A stretch of 64,000 nt of DNA. Source: Isurus oxyrinchus. Taxonomy: Eukaryota. This document shows positions 13,406 through 26,411 of this stretch, piece after piece (within the stretch, counting starts at the first letter, position 1; every line of letters starts with the position of its first letter). The notes beneath the pieces are model-generated. The model was not told where the DNA came from, ran no database searches, and saw only the letters and a program-made list of their open reading frames with translations. The stretch covers positions 4,216,001 to 4,280,000 of the forward strand of contig JANJGN010000049.1 in NCBI GenBank assembly GCA_026770705.1, read 5' to 3'. Both the position numbers and the translations under genes were made by a program.

Positions 13406-13855
13406 GTTTCATCTTGCACAACCTTGAGAACAGCCTGAAGAAAGATACTTTACTTGAAGAATAAAGATTAAAATATAATTACATTGTCTATCTCAGGGTG
13501 TAATCCAAGAACAACACCTTGTATTTACAGGAAGGGTTGTGGGGCTGGAGGCGGTTACAGAGATACTGAGGATCCGTTGACATTGTCTATCTCACTGGTG
13601 TCAAATTCATCTTCCATGGTGGCTCTGATCCAATATCCTGACACTGGGCGAGGGCCACATTCAGCAGAACTTATAAAAATGGAACTAGATACAAATAAAC
13701 TATATCAATATTTACTGACACCTCGGTTTGATTTATTGTTCCTGCTGCTCCCGGTACCCGGCATCTCTTAGCTTGAACCATCACATCGACACTCGGAGCA
13801 AATGACTGGGCTGAGGACTGTCTCAGATAAAAACACGAGGACCACTTGTCACCAC

Positions 13856-14420
13856 AGAAACATAGAAATTATAGCACAGAGGAGGCCATTCAGTCCATCA
13901 TGTCTGTACTGGCTGAAAATGAGCAATCCAGTCTAATCCCACTTCCCAGCTCTTGGTCCGTAATCCTGTAGGTTACAGCACATCCAGTGTATATCCCAGT
14001 ACTTTTTAAATCTGTGTATTACTGCCTCTATCACCCTTTCAGTCAGTGAGTTCCAAGACCCACCACCCTCTGGGTAAAAGCATTATTGAACTCCCCTCTA
14101 ATCCTTCCACTAATTACTTTAAATCTCTATCCTCTTGGTTCTGAACTCTGTAAATGAAATAGGTCCTTCCTATCTGGGACCCTCATAATTTTTACACCTC
14201 ATTTAAATCTCCCCGCTTCCTCCCCTGTCCCAAAGAAAACAACCCCAGCCTCTCCCACCTTTCCTCAGAGTTAAAATTCTCCAGTCCTGCCAACATCCAG
14301 GTAAATCTCTTCTGCGCCTGCTCCAGTGTGATCACATCCTTCCTGTAATGTGCTGACTACAACTGGACTCAGTACTCTAGCTGTGCTCTAACTAGTATTC
14401 TTTTATAGTTCAAGAATAAC
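13856..14420 (-). mobile_element. CR1-type LINE 3' fragment
   Basis: agaaacatagaa tail, gaggccattcag 3' motif and degenerate ORF2 end. Confidence 0.7.
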
Positions 14421-15309
14421 TGCGCTCTCAACTTCCATTTACTTCAATGTGATGGAAACTGACAGCTGGAATCTCTCAGCATTTGAAAGATATTTACAAA
14501 TGATTTGAGGGTTTCTTCCAGTTGGGATCTTTCTCTGTTCTGTCCATTCGAGGTGTTCGATAACAGACTTTCTCCTGTGAATATCAAGCTGGAGCTTTGG
14601 GCCGTGATGTGTTTCCTTGTTCATCTTGTTGACTCTAAATGGTGAATCTTGTGGATTCAGACACCAGATAATCAAGCTCACAACAGATTGTCACATGCTG
14701 ACTTTATTAACAGCACCGCAATAATACAGACAGAGTATAGTTCCCTGATCTGGAGAACAGGGATAATGTTGGGGTAGACTCCTCATTGTTCAAGTGCCCA
14801 AACTGTAAATGATATAATCATTTTCTGTGGGTCCTCTCCTGACTGAAGAGTTCGGTGTAGGATCGACATGGACATCCACAGAACTGACCATTCATATTGT
14901 TGTTGGTGGTGCTTGGGTTAACTTCTGCAGCTGTGCCACCTCTGACCTTCCTGTGGGCACGCCGGATGTTGAGTTTGGTGTAGATGGTCCTCGAAACACG
15001 CTGAAGCAAATTTCAGTGCTTGCCTCCACATATATACTCATAGAGCACAGAAGAAGGCCATTCGGCTTATTCTGTCCACGCTGCTCACAAAGTTCTGACT
15101 ACACTAATCCCATTATCCAGCGCTTGGCCCAAATCCCTGGAGGCTAAGGCAATGCAAGTGAATATCTAAATATATCTTAAATGTTAGAAGAGTTTCTGAC
15201 TCAACCACCCAAATCATTTACACCCTTTCAGGCAGTGAGTTCTAGACTCCCACCACCTTCTGGGTTCTCATCACTATGACTGCATTTATGTCCTGCCAGG
15301 CCAGGTGAT

Positions 15310-15670
15310 TGGCTGAAGCCTCGTCCACACACAGAACACGTGTACGGTTTCTCCCCACTGTGAATGGTGCTTTTTTCTTCCCAGTTCAAAATCCGATGAT
15401 ATTCAGGTTATGATAAATTGGGCGGCTCAGTCAGATCCTGATGTGATGTTTGGTTTCAGTTTCCCAACTGCAAATCCTCCCCTTCAAATCCCCTGTGAAA
15501 TTGATTCAAAACAGAAAAAAGGGAGTGAGAGAGAACCCACAAAAACACAAAGGCAGGTTGTGAAATTGAGCTGAATGAATCTGGGAATTTGTGGGGCCGG
15601 CACGAGGAAAAAGTGACCATGAAAACTGCTGGATTGTCATAAAAACCCAACTGGTTCACGAATGTCCTTC
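15310..15670 (-). pseudogene. Truncated ZNF gene relic
   Basis: gaagcctcgtccacacacagaacacgtgtacggtttctccccactgtgaatggtg matches 8429-8482; the 5' exon module gatgtgatgtttggttt is present. Confidence 0.72.
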
Positions 15671-16114
15671 AGGGAAGGGAACCTGCCACTCGGTCTGGAT
15701 CTACACTGGCCTCCATGGAAAGAGAAGTGAGAGAGAGAAAAAAAAAGAGGAACGTAGCGCAGGAGGCGAAGGAGATGGATTGTTTATATCTATAACATAA
15801 TCAGAACTTTGACAGAATCTTCCAATCCCTCAACCTCCACCCCCAGAAGGACCAGGGTAGCAGGTGTATGTGAGCATCATCGCCTCCAAGTTCCCCTCCA
15901 AGTCACACACCGTCCTGACCTGTCTGACGCACTCCCGGCTGGTCTCCAACTTTCAACCTCCCTGTAACCTTGAGGTCATCCAAAACTCTGCTGCCATTGT
16001 GCTTACTCGCACCAAGTCTTGTTCATCTATCACCCATGTGCTCACTGACCTACAAAGGATCCAGGATAAGAAGCACCTACATTTTAAAATTCTCATCCAC
16101 TTTTTGAAATTCCA

Positions 16115-17526
16115 AAACAAAAACAAAAACAGAATTACCTGGAAAAACTCAGCAGGTCTGGCAGCATCAGCGGAGAAGAAAAGAGTTGATGTTTCGAGTC
16201 CTCATGACCCTTTGACAGAACTTGAGTTCGAGTCCAAGAAAGAGTTGAAATATAAGCTGGTTTAAGGTGTGTGTGTGGGGGCGGAGAGAGAGAGAGAGAG
16301 AGAGAGGTGGGGTGGGTGTGGTTGTAGGGACAAACAAGCAGTGATAGAAGCAGATCATCAAAAGATGTCAACAACAACAATACAAAAGAACACATAGGTG
16401 TTAAAGTTAAAGTTGGTGATATTATCTAAACGAATGTGCTAATTAAGAATGGATGGTAGGGCACTCAAGGTATAGCTCTAGTGGGGGTGTTTTTTTTTAA
16501 AAAATGGAAATAGGTGGGAAAAGGAAAATCTTTATAATTTATTGGAAAAAAAAAGGAAGGGGGAAACAGAAAGGGGGTGGGGATGGGGGAGGGAGCTCAC
16601 GACCTAAAGTTGTTGAATTCAATATTCAGTCCGGAAGGCTGTAAAGTGCCTAGTCGGAAGATGAGGTGTTGTTCCTCCAGTTTGCGTTGGGCTTCACTGG
16701 AACAATGCAGCAAGCCAAGGACAGACATGTGGGCAAGAGAGCAGGGTGGAGTGTTAAAATGGCAAGCGACAGGGAGGTTTGGGTCATTCTTGCGGACAGA
16801 CCGCAGGTGTTCTGCAAAGCGGTCGCCCAGTTTACGTTTGGTCTCTCCAATGTAGAGGAGATTACATTGGGAGCAACGAATTCAGTAGACTAAGTTGGGG
16901 GAAATGCAAGTGAAATGCTGCTTCATTTGAAAGGAGTGTTTGGGTCCTTGGACGGTGAGGAGAGAGGAAGTGAAGGGGCAGGTGTTGCATCTTTTGCGTG
17001 GGCATGGGGTGGTGCCATAGGAGGGGGTTGAGGAGTAGGGGGTGATGGAGGAGTGGACCAGGATGTCCCGGAGGGAGCGATCCCTATGGAATGCTGATAG
17101 GGGGGGGTGAAGGGAAGATGTGTTTGGTGGTGGCATCATGCTGGAGTTGGCAGAAATGGCAGAGGATGATCCTTTGAATGTGGAGGCTGGTGGGGTGATA
17201 AGTGAGGACAAGGGGGACCCTATCATGTTTCTGGGAGGGAGGAGAAGGCGTGAGGGCGGGTGCGCGGGAGATGGGCCGGACACGGTTGAGGGCCCTGTCA
17301 ACGACCGTGGGTGGAAAACCTCGGTTAAGGAAGAAGGAGGACATGTCAGAGGAACTGTTTTTGAAGGTAGCATCATCGGAACAGATGCGACGGAGGCGAA
17401 GGAACTGAGAGAATGGGATGGAGTCCTTACAGGAAGCGGGGTGTGAGGAGTTGTAGTCGAGATAGCTGTGGGAGTCGGTGGGTCTGTAATGGATATTGGT
17501 GGACAGTCTATCACCAGAGATTGAAA
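16115..17526 (-). mobile_element. 5'-truncated Penelope-like retroelement (RT C-terminus, GIY-YIG endonuclease, 3' pLTR) inserted into an L2 fragment
   Basis: Conceptual translation ...HPASCKDSIPFSQFLRLRRICS...CPRKRCNTCP...NLVY*IRCSQCNLLYIGETKRKLGDRFAEH...GLNIEFNNFRS; one frameshift in a homopolymer near 17105 and one stop. Flanking direct repeat ttttgaaattcca at 16102-16114 and 17527-17539. Confidence 0.92.
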
Positions 17527-18087
17527 TTTTGAAATTCCATGTTGGTCTCGCCCCTCCCTATCACTGTAATCCAGCCTCAGAACCCTCTGAGATGTTTGTG
17601 CTCCTTTAGTTCTGACCTGCTGAGCATTCTGTCAGTTTCCATGGCCCCAAGCCCTGGAATTTTCTCCCCAAACATCTCTTCCTCTCTACTTCATTTTTCT
17701 CCTTTAAGACACTCCTTAAAACCTACCTCTTTGACCAAACGTTTGGTCACCTGCCCCAATATCTCCTTGTTTGGCTCAGTGTCAAACCTTGCTTTTAACC
17801 TTTCTGTGAAATGCTTGGAATATTGTCTTACATTGAAAGTGCCATATAAATACAAATTGTTGTTGTTGATTTGGACATATATCACTGTTCCTTCATCATC
17901 GCTGGGTGAATAACCTGTAACTCCTTACCTAACAGCATTGTGGGAGCACCTTCACCACACGGACAGCAGCGGTTCAAGAAGGTCAAACATCATCTTCTCC
18001 ACAGGCAACTGGGGATCACAATAGATGCTGGTATCTGTGGAGAGAGACAGAGTTAACGTTTCGAGGTTTGCAGAATGATTTTTCTAA

Positions 18088-18390
18088 ATTCATGTGGGCA
18101 TCACTGGCTAGGCCAACGCTCAGAGGGCAGTTAAAAGTCAACCACTGCTGTGGTCTGGAGTCATGTGTAGGCCAAGACTAAGGACGGCAGATTTCCTTCC
18201 CTAAAGGGCATTAGTGAACCAGGTGGGTTTTTACAACAATCATCATTAGACTTTTAATTCTAGATTTTTTTTCATTGAATTGGGATTCCACCATCTGCCA
18301 TGACAGGATTTGAATCCGGGTCCCCAGGATATTGCCCTGGGTCTCTGGATTACTCGTCCAGTGACAATACCATTACACCATCACCTCCTC
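18088..18390 (-). mobile_element. tRNA-derived SINE
   Basis: Head with A box (tggtgtaatgg) and B box (ggattcaaatcc); tail resembles the 3' end of the LINE at 30.2-31.8 kb; a related fragment lies at 25255-25470. Confidence 0.7.
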
Positions 18391-19341
18391 TCAGGGAGTA
18401 AAAATGCTGCCGAATATGATGGTCAATATAAGCTCAGAAGTGGAATAGAAATGGACTATAGGTCAGGAAAAGCAATTCCTGACTGAAAGATACTGTGAGA
18501 AGATAAAGCTGGGAAGCCAGCAGCACATGGTCGGGGGGTGGGCAGTGGCGGAAACTTCATTTAGACACAGTCGACAGAAGTAACAGAAAAATACTAAACA
18601 TAAGTCAAATACATCCATTATTAGAGACAGGAGAAGTTAAAAAAAATGGCAGAGAAGTGATCAGGGTGGGCAGAGGTGAAACAGATCAATGGATGAACAT
18701 GGATTCAGATCCACAGTAAAGGAGCCACACCAGCCCCAGAGCCTCTCACAGATACAGGGCATAGACCTAAAAGCTCTAAACTGTAGCTGGATGGTGAAAA
18801 ATAGTCAACTCTGAAACAGTTTCAGTTTTTAACTTTAAAATCTCCTGCTGGAGCCTGCAGCTAGAAAGGTATCAGAAACACTGGAGTCAGAGAAAAATCT
18901 CCCAGTTGAGGAAGTACCCGGGAGCCGGGTGATGTCACTGTGTAATTGTCGATGTGTGATGATGCCACAGTGTAATTGTCAATGTGTGATGATGTCACAG
19001 GCACAAAAACAGAACATCTGGGTCCGTGCAAACCAGTGATCACCACACGTTGTGAAGGATGTGAGGGTACAAAGGAGATTAACCAGAATGGTTTAAGAGA
19101 TGAGGGGTTTGAACTGTAAGATGAGGTTCGAGAAACTGGGGTTGTTCTCCTTGGAGTAAAGGAGATTGAGGGAAGATTTGATAGAGGGGTACAGGATTAT
19201 GAAAGTTAGTTAAATTAAAGCTGTTCCCATTAGCTGATTATGAAAGAATTAAGGGACAGAGTTTTAAGATGTTGGGCAAGATCCACAAGGGAGATGCCGG
19301 GAAGACTTTTTTTTACCCAGTGACTGGTAATGACCTGGAAC

Positions 19342-19730
19342 TCAAAGCTTACATTCAAAGGTAATATTCAGGTCCTGATGAATCAAATGACTTTCAGATT
19401 TTGATGTGATGTTTGGTTTTGCTTTCTCATCTCCCTCGAGTTTGCCCTCCTCTTCTAACACCCTGTAAATAGAGTTCACAAAATCCATCATTGGCAATCC
19501 CGAACAGAAATTCAGAAAGGGCAAATGTTTCTCTTGGTTTGAGTTTGCTGTGTGCAAATCCTCCCTTTCGAAACCTCTGCAAAAGGAGTTTCCAATTTCC
19601 ATCCCTGTCAGTCCAGGATAGAAATTCCCAATATTATCTCCTCCTGTCTTTTGGACCAGGATGACCGGGCATGCGCGCTGCTACACATTGCCCCCTATAA
19701 AGATGGCGGCCGTTACCCAGCGCCTGGCGA
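19342..19730 (-). pseudogene. Truncated ZNF 5' module with YY1/NRF1 promoter-proximal block
   Basis: atattcaggtcctgatgaatc...gatgtgatgtttgg matches 8656-8712; gcatgcgc...gccccctataaagatggcggccgttac matches 10594-10642. Confidence 0.7.
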
Positions 19731-19882
19731 AGGGAGAAATCCAGACTTTTTTGGTCCGTTCTCTGCAAACACAAGACGGGTACCTTGTTATTTGGGGTCT
19801 GCGGTCTGCACTGTGTCTTTATGAAGCCTCCCTGCCCACTCCGCTGGCTCCATTACTCCTCACACAACCACTAACTCTGTTA

Positions 19883-20014
19883 TAAAAACAAAAAAACTGC
19901 GGATGCTGGAAATCCAAAACAAAAACAGAATTACCTGGAAAAACTCAGCAGGTCTGGCAGCATCGGCAGAGAAGAAAAGAGTTGACGTTTCGAGTCCTCA
20001 TGACCCTTCGACAG
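19883..20014 (-). mobile_element. Solo Penelope 3' terminal (pLTR) insertion
   Basis: Near-identical to 16115-16220 and 30370-30500; flanking direct repeat aactctgtta at 19873-19882 and 20015-20024. Confidence 0.88.
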
Positions 20015-20711
20015 AACTCTGTTAGTTTGCTCCGCTCGACATTCACCCGCTCTGAGCAGCTTTAGTCACAGACCAGCACTGCGCATGCTCATGCCCCACC
20101 ACACGTAGCAATGCGCATCCGCAGGGAGCTGCTGGAGTGAAGATAGGGCACATTCTTTCTCGCAGTGAAACCTGCGTTCCGCTCCGCCATTGAAAGACTA
20201 TATAAAAGAACAGAAACCTATGTCCTGTGATCAGAATAAGATGTGTGACATTGGGGCAAGACTTAAAATTGTTGAATCAATTGATTCAGCGGCCAAATTG
20301 ATCAGGGCTCCACCACACTTTTTGCCTGGACATAATAATCCTTCAGTTAGATCTGAACTCAGTGCAGTCTCAGCAGATGGGGTGAGCTCGTGACTTTTCC
20401 CCCTATACGTGAAACATTTAAACCGTGTCATGCTATTATCATTTCTCTGATTGTGGATCAAATCCTTTGAGCTTTTAAAGTTGGAGTGTTAACTTGTGGG
20501 AAAACTGAATAAAGCCCTTTGCACACGTGAAGTATCTGAATGGTCTCCTATCAGCACGACTGTGTTGCTGTGTCAGTAAATGGGATGATAACGAACACCT
20601 TTCCAATTCCAGATGGGAAACAATCAGTTTACAGTGTGAATTTGCCGACACATTTTCAGCTCAGACATGATCTCAAAATCTACTGGTAATGGGTTCCACA
20701 TTCTTAGCACT

Positions 20712-21090
20712 ACATAAGAGAAAGGAGCAGGAGTAGGCCATTCGGCCCCTCAATCCTGCTTCGCCATTTAATAAGATCATGGCTGATCTGACAGTCACCT
20801 GAAATCTGTACCCCAACTATCTCCAATAACCTGCCTCACCCTTGCTGGCCAAGAATATATCCACCTCAGCCTTAAAAAATATTTAACGACTCTGCTTCCA
20901 CAGCATTTTCAGGAACAGAGTTCATAAGTTTCACGACCCACTGAGAGAAAACAAATTGCCTAATCTCCGTTTTAAATGGGGGAACCCTTATTTTTAAACA
21001 GCGATCCCGAGTTCTAGATTCTCCCACAAGAGGTAACATCCTCCCCAAACCCGCCCTGTCAAGATCTCAGGGTCTTATATGTTTCACTAA
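20712..21090 (-). mobile_element. CR1-type LINE 3' fragment
   Basis: acataaga...ggagcaggagtaggccattcggcccc tail and 3' ORF2 remnant. Confidence 0.7.
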
Positions 21091-21765
21091 TCAGGAAAAG
21101 AAAAGAAAAGCACTGCAGATATTGGTTATCTGAAATAAAAACAGAAAATGCTGGAATTTTCAGCAGATCTGGTAGCGTCTGTGGAGAGAGAGACATCGTT
21201 TTCATTTCAGGTCTGTTGCCTTTAATTAGAACTGCAGTGCATCTGAAATGTTAATTAAGCCTCTCAATCCAAAGATGTTGCCAGATGAGGTCAGGGAGCT
21301 CAAGAGGGAAATGAAAATCCCTTTTGAGGAATGGAATCCAATGAGAATGAAGGGTGAACTGGAGAAAGTCAAGGCACCTTTCCCTTCGTTAAGATGCTGG
21401 AACATAGATTCTGATGTTATCAGTGAAATTAACTGATCTGAGAAATTGAAAGGATTCTCGTTACTGCACATCAGGAATTCAAACCTAATATTGGCTTCGG
21501 GACAATCAGAATACTTGGTAACAGACAAGACAATGAAAGGCTTGAAGGGAAATGGCACCAGTTGAAGGCGAGCTGATTTCCGGTGACTTGGATATGTCTG
21601 TAGTGGGTGGGATTAGACTGTTTCCATATATCCATAATGAATGTCTCACCCTTTTTTTGGAAGTAAAAAACTGATAGCGTGCGATAGCCATCTGGGTAGT
21701 GGCAATCTGAAGATTAGACTCACTGACACCCTGGTTCTGATACCTTTTCGGTCAGGTTTGTGTAA

Positions 21766-21840
21766 GTGTCTGTGATACAATTGGTCAGCATGTTTGCCTG
21801 TTAACTGAAAAGGTAGTGATTCAAAACCACTCAGGGGGTG
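21766..21840 (+). pseudogene. tRNA-Asn(GTT) pseudogene
   Basis: Aligns to vertebrate tRNA-Asn; GTT retained; most CpGs mutated. Confidence 0.8.
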
Positions 21841-22801
21841 AAGGTTTTTACTGTTTTTCCCCCTCAGCACCAATCATTGCCACACAGTTCTGGATTGTGA
21901 TTGGATACTTGGGCCGCAAGATATCATCCCCAAAACGGTGGCAGGTCTTTTGCTGTCCAGTCAGCTCCCACAAAAACAGCTTCTTTTTAAAATTACGTTT
22001 TCTGTCAAATACAGTGAGAAAAGATTTGGACCCACTCTGTAACCCACTAGAAATCCATGAAATTGTTGGAATCAAACGAACCCATCAATTACTAAGTCTT
22101 CCTCAGCTCCATGGTGAGTGAGACAGGGAAAAGCAGAAAAGCAGCAATATTCCTGCCCCACACTCTCCAATCACCCGCAGCCAGCAGAAAGCAGCGACTG
22201 CAGTTACTGCCCATCCCTGGGACGCGAGATACTCCAACCCGGGCCAAACCTCCCAATACACCAAGCACAGGCTCAGGAAAATGCGTGTACATTATATCCC
22301 GCTCACTAAACCTCCGAGCAGCATTTACAGAATACCTGAGTGAGTGAGTCACAAATAAAAGTCACACCAACTTTCTAATTCTTCTCGCTGTAAAATTCCT
22401 TAATTTTATTGAAAATCTGACTGTTGTGAATCTGAAAATGAGCACCATGGGATTTGTGTTACCAAGTGATTTGTTTTCCATTGTTTGTCCATCAGGTTTG
22501 CAATTCAATTTCTGTTGGATATTGAAGCGAATCTGATTTCAAAATGAGGACACAAAGCAGGTAAATATTAAATGCAGGAGAAAATCCTGAGGAAAATGGA
22601 TCGCAGTATTTGGAAGGAGGCGCAGCTAAGTAGTGAAAGATGTGAATGATGTTATTGATGATTGAGAGGAATGCATTGCAACCTTGAGGCTTTTGTAGGT
22701 CGATTACATCCCACACTTTAAAATTCCGACCAAGTTGAGATATCACGTGGAAAGCAATAGGTTTATCCATGTATATTGGATTACGAGACATTTATTCATA
22801 T

Positions 22802-22872
22802 TCCTGTTTAGCTCAGTCGGTGGAGCATGAGACTCTTAATCTCAAGGTCGTGGGTTCGAACTGGATGCTGTA
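22802..22872 (+). pseudogene. tRNA-Lys(CTT) pseudogene
   Basis: tagctcagtcggtggagcatgagactCTTaatctcaaggtcgtgggttcgaa; 3' T-stem and acceptor strand destroyed. Confidence 0.85.
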
Positions 22873-23628
22873 ATTTTTAAAAAATCTGATTAAGAGTCGT
22901 ACAGTCTGGAAACATTGACTCTGTGTCTCCCTCCAGCTGCTGAACTTTTCCAGCATTTTCTGTGTTTGTTTCAGATTTCTATCATTTGCAGTAATTTGCT
23001 TTTATCTTTTTACTTTTAAATCTTGCTACTTAAAAAAACACCAACTAATCACTGCGGCTCCTGTGAAATTTACAAGGCAGACATTCACCACCGAAAGCAA
23101 CTGAAACACATCAAATTGAAAGCACTTTATTGTAGTATTTCTTCCTGCTTCTGTCCCTGCCTCGCCTCCTACTCCCTCTGCTCGTCCAGCCCCCAGGTCA
23201 ATGAGCTGCTCGATGCAGACACAGTCAGTTCGTGGGAATGGGTAAAACTCGTGGATAAAGAGACACCTGGATCTCATCTTCCTGGTTCTCCCAGATACTG
23301 ATTACAGGAATGTGCCCAGTGCCGATTATCCACAGTCACTCCCCTCCCAGTTGTTCAACTTTGAAATTGATTTTCACACTGGATTTCAATGTGAATAAAG
23401 CAGAGCTGTGATAAGCTTATATTGTTCAGCAGATGTACTGCAAGAAGGTACTTTGCTTTGTAAACAGCCCTTCTCCTCTCCTCTTCCTTCACTGCCACTC
23501 ACGAGTGTGATGTTTTCCAGATCTGAGGCGAAATTTAAACCCTCACTCCTCTGATTATGGTGAAGCCTTTAAATATTTCTAATCAATGAGTGATCAACAC
23601 TTGTTTAAAAAAAATCAATAAATCGACA

Positions 23629-23700
23629 TTTCCGGACTAGGAATTGAACCCGGGCTGCGGCAGTGAGAGCACCGAACCCTAAACAGTAGACCACCAAGAA
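23629..23700 (-). pseudogene. tRNA-Glu(CTC) pseudogene
   Basis: 72-nt colinear match to tRNA-Glu-CTC with many substitutions. Confidence 0.85.
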
Positions 23701-24691
23701 AGTTGCACGAGAGTTTTTTCGATTCGCCTTATCTACGCTGCTTTTGCCTATTGTTTTTCAGTTCAGATCTCTTTCACCACAACCTGTCTGTTTAGGTTCA
23801 AGATAAACAACTTCGTCAGCCAATGAAAACAACGGTTGTTCTGAGCTGGAACATGAAAATGACAGTGAAGTGAAATAGTCCCACAAGCTGCTCATGTGCA
23901 ACTTTCAATTTCCAAAACCCTCCACCCGATTCGCTGTTGGTCCAATGGAAGCGCCAATCCCTAGTCACTGGACTTGTGTTCAGTTGAACACAAATGACTT
24001 CTTCATCAATGAGAAGAACCATTGCTGTGAGCTGGAACATGAAATCGATACTTTCCTCCGTTAAGACAATTGTTAAAGCCTCCCCCTTTGACCGAGCTTT
24101 TAGTCATCTGACCGAATATGAGGCTCGGTGTCACACTTTGTGATAAAATGCTCACAGGGAACGCCTTGTGACGTTTCAACAGGTTAAAGGCGCTTTCTAT
24201 ATACAAGTTGTTGTTGTTGTAGGATATATATAGAAAGGGCCAGTCTCCTGTTTTACCTTTCACGCTGATACTTTTCTCATCGACATTTTAATCTGAACTA
24301 ATGTGAATTAAGTTTGCGACATTAAAAAAGTTTTCACCCCCTCAGGAAACTGAACCTCATTGACAATCGCAGAGGAACAGACACAGAGATATACACCGAG
24401 AGTGACAGAGGCCTAAGGAGAGACACACAACTAGAAAGCAAGGATGTCACCAACTTGGCTCAGTGTTTGACCCATTGCCGAAAGCAAATTTCCTGAATGC
24501 TGACAAATGAATGGAAATCAGAAAATGCAGACGTATTTGGATGGGTTTCCATCTAATTAACTGATAATCAATGTGGTTAAAATCACAAATGGTGAAAAAT
24601 TTAGTCAGCAGGATTCCAACCGTCGTGTTCATATTTACAACAAATGTAAATTATCGAACTTTCACTCACTCAAATAAACACGCTTGGATAA

Positions 24692-24763
24692 TGCTCTTGC
24701 CAGGTATCAAACCACAGCTCCATCATATGTAAAATGAATATGACCCCACTCGCCTCTATAAAC
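24692..24763 (-). pseudogene. Highly decayed tRNA-Val pseudogene
   Basis: Paralog of 32225-32296; same upstream block as the other Val copies. Confidence 0.55.
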
Positions 24764-26288
24764 CCTGCGCTGTAAAGATCCCAATGGAGCTGTCTGGAAT
24801 GTTAAACGGTGACGTCATGCAGCAGCACTTTGGGTCTTTGTTTTGAAGAAATGGAATTCGGCTGTTCTCATTAGGAATGCTGGAGACAGACTGATCAACA
24901 ATGTCATCATCAAATGGCACAGCGCAGTAAGAGGATTTTCCGGACATTTTATTTAGACCAGTTTTTTACAAAGATCTTGTCAATTAATCCCAAATTCCTT
25001 TCCTCTTTCCATGGATCAGAATTTTCTCCCTTTCAACCATTGACAAATTCCCCTTTGTAGAAGGAGTTTCTGCAGAATCCATGCAGTTTACCTTAATGAA
25101 TAGTTCCCTTACCCAATGAACTTAAGAGTTGGACTAGGGTTCCTTCTCCAGTTTTCGATACAAACATAAGTTATTTATGCAATTCCTTTCATGGTGAACT
25201 TACAAAAGTTGTTTATTCTGATCTGACATGTCCTCAGTATTTCCTCAGTCATGATGACCATGAAACTATCACTGATTGCCGTTCAAACCCATGTGGTTCA
25301 CCAGTCCTTTAGGGAATTCAATCGGCCGTCCTTAGCTGGTCTGACCTGCACGTGACTCCGGACACACAGTAATGTGGTTGATTCTCAACTGCCCTCTGAA
25401 ATGCTTTAACAAGTTCAACAGTTGAAGGGCAATTCGGGATGGGCAACAAATGCTGGCCAGTGATGCTCATGAAAGATTGAAGATCCATGATAAAAAGCGA
25501 TACAAAGTGATTTTCTACCATCTCTCCCACTCCCTCATATTCAATCATAGTATCAGTTGCATCTATCTTTAGGATGACGCTAGTCTTTGGATCACACTGA
25601 TTGTAATCTTTCAGTCAGTAAGTAACTGTGAATTTGCATTTGTAAACTCATTAATTTCTGTTGTTAATTAAAGAAACTTATTTTTTTGTGCCTGGTCAGT
25701 TTCATCCCTCTTGATTTTGTGGGGGCTTTTGGAGGCTTGGCGAAGAGCAGATTTAATGTGGCAGTTAGATACTATATTCAATTAATATTCAACAACAAAT
25801 GTGAATTATGGAACTTTCCCTCACACTTAGATGTGTGAATCTCGATAATGTCTCTACCCATTTCCAGACAGGGGACATTTTGTGTGTACATAGTAACCAC
25901 TGCACGACAGAAACAATGGGCAGAACCACATGGACTGACTAAGAATATCAAACCATGCCGTCTTACTGCACTTCCGAGCCCTGCTTTGTGGAAGTACATT
26001 TCGGCTGAAAAACATAGCCATGCGGCAGAGAAATTGACCTGACATTAGAATCATAAAATGACAGAGCACATCAGCAGGTTATTCAAAACTTCCCACATGT
26101 GTGAACTATCTTATTGCAATTCGTCTGATTTATTGTCTCTTTCTCATAACTATGCCTTTTGGAGAAAATCAGTCAAAGCCTGGGGAAGTGCCAATGTCAC
26201 ATGGCTGTGAGATAATGTATTCAGCTATTATTTAGCAGCAAACGGGAATTGTGCAACTTCTCACAATTAAATTATTCAGTTTTGATAA

Positions 26289-26411
26289 TGTTTCTGTCAG
26301 TTTTCGAACTGGCGACCTTGCATATATGAAGTGAATGTGAAAACACTATTTGTTTCTGTAATCATTTATAGGATATGGACATCGCTGGCACAGCCACTAC
26401 ACTACAGAAAC
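26289..26411 (-). pseudogene. tRNA-Val pseudogene split by a 46-bp insertion
   Basis: 5' gtttctgtagtgtagtgg and 3' gttcgaaaactgacagaaaca halves; insert at 26349-26394 between two cacta. Confidence 0.7.

Larger units (their letters stand above)
21340..24950 (+). repeat. Segmental unit copy A (Asn-Lys-Glu-Val tDNA module)
   Basis: Inverted paralog at about 32050-36070 (roughly 90% by eye) and a direct, more diverged paralog at about 45780-49450. Confidence 0.85.
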
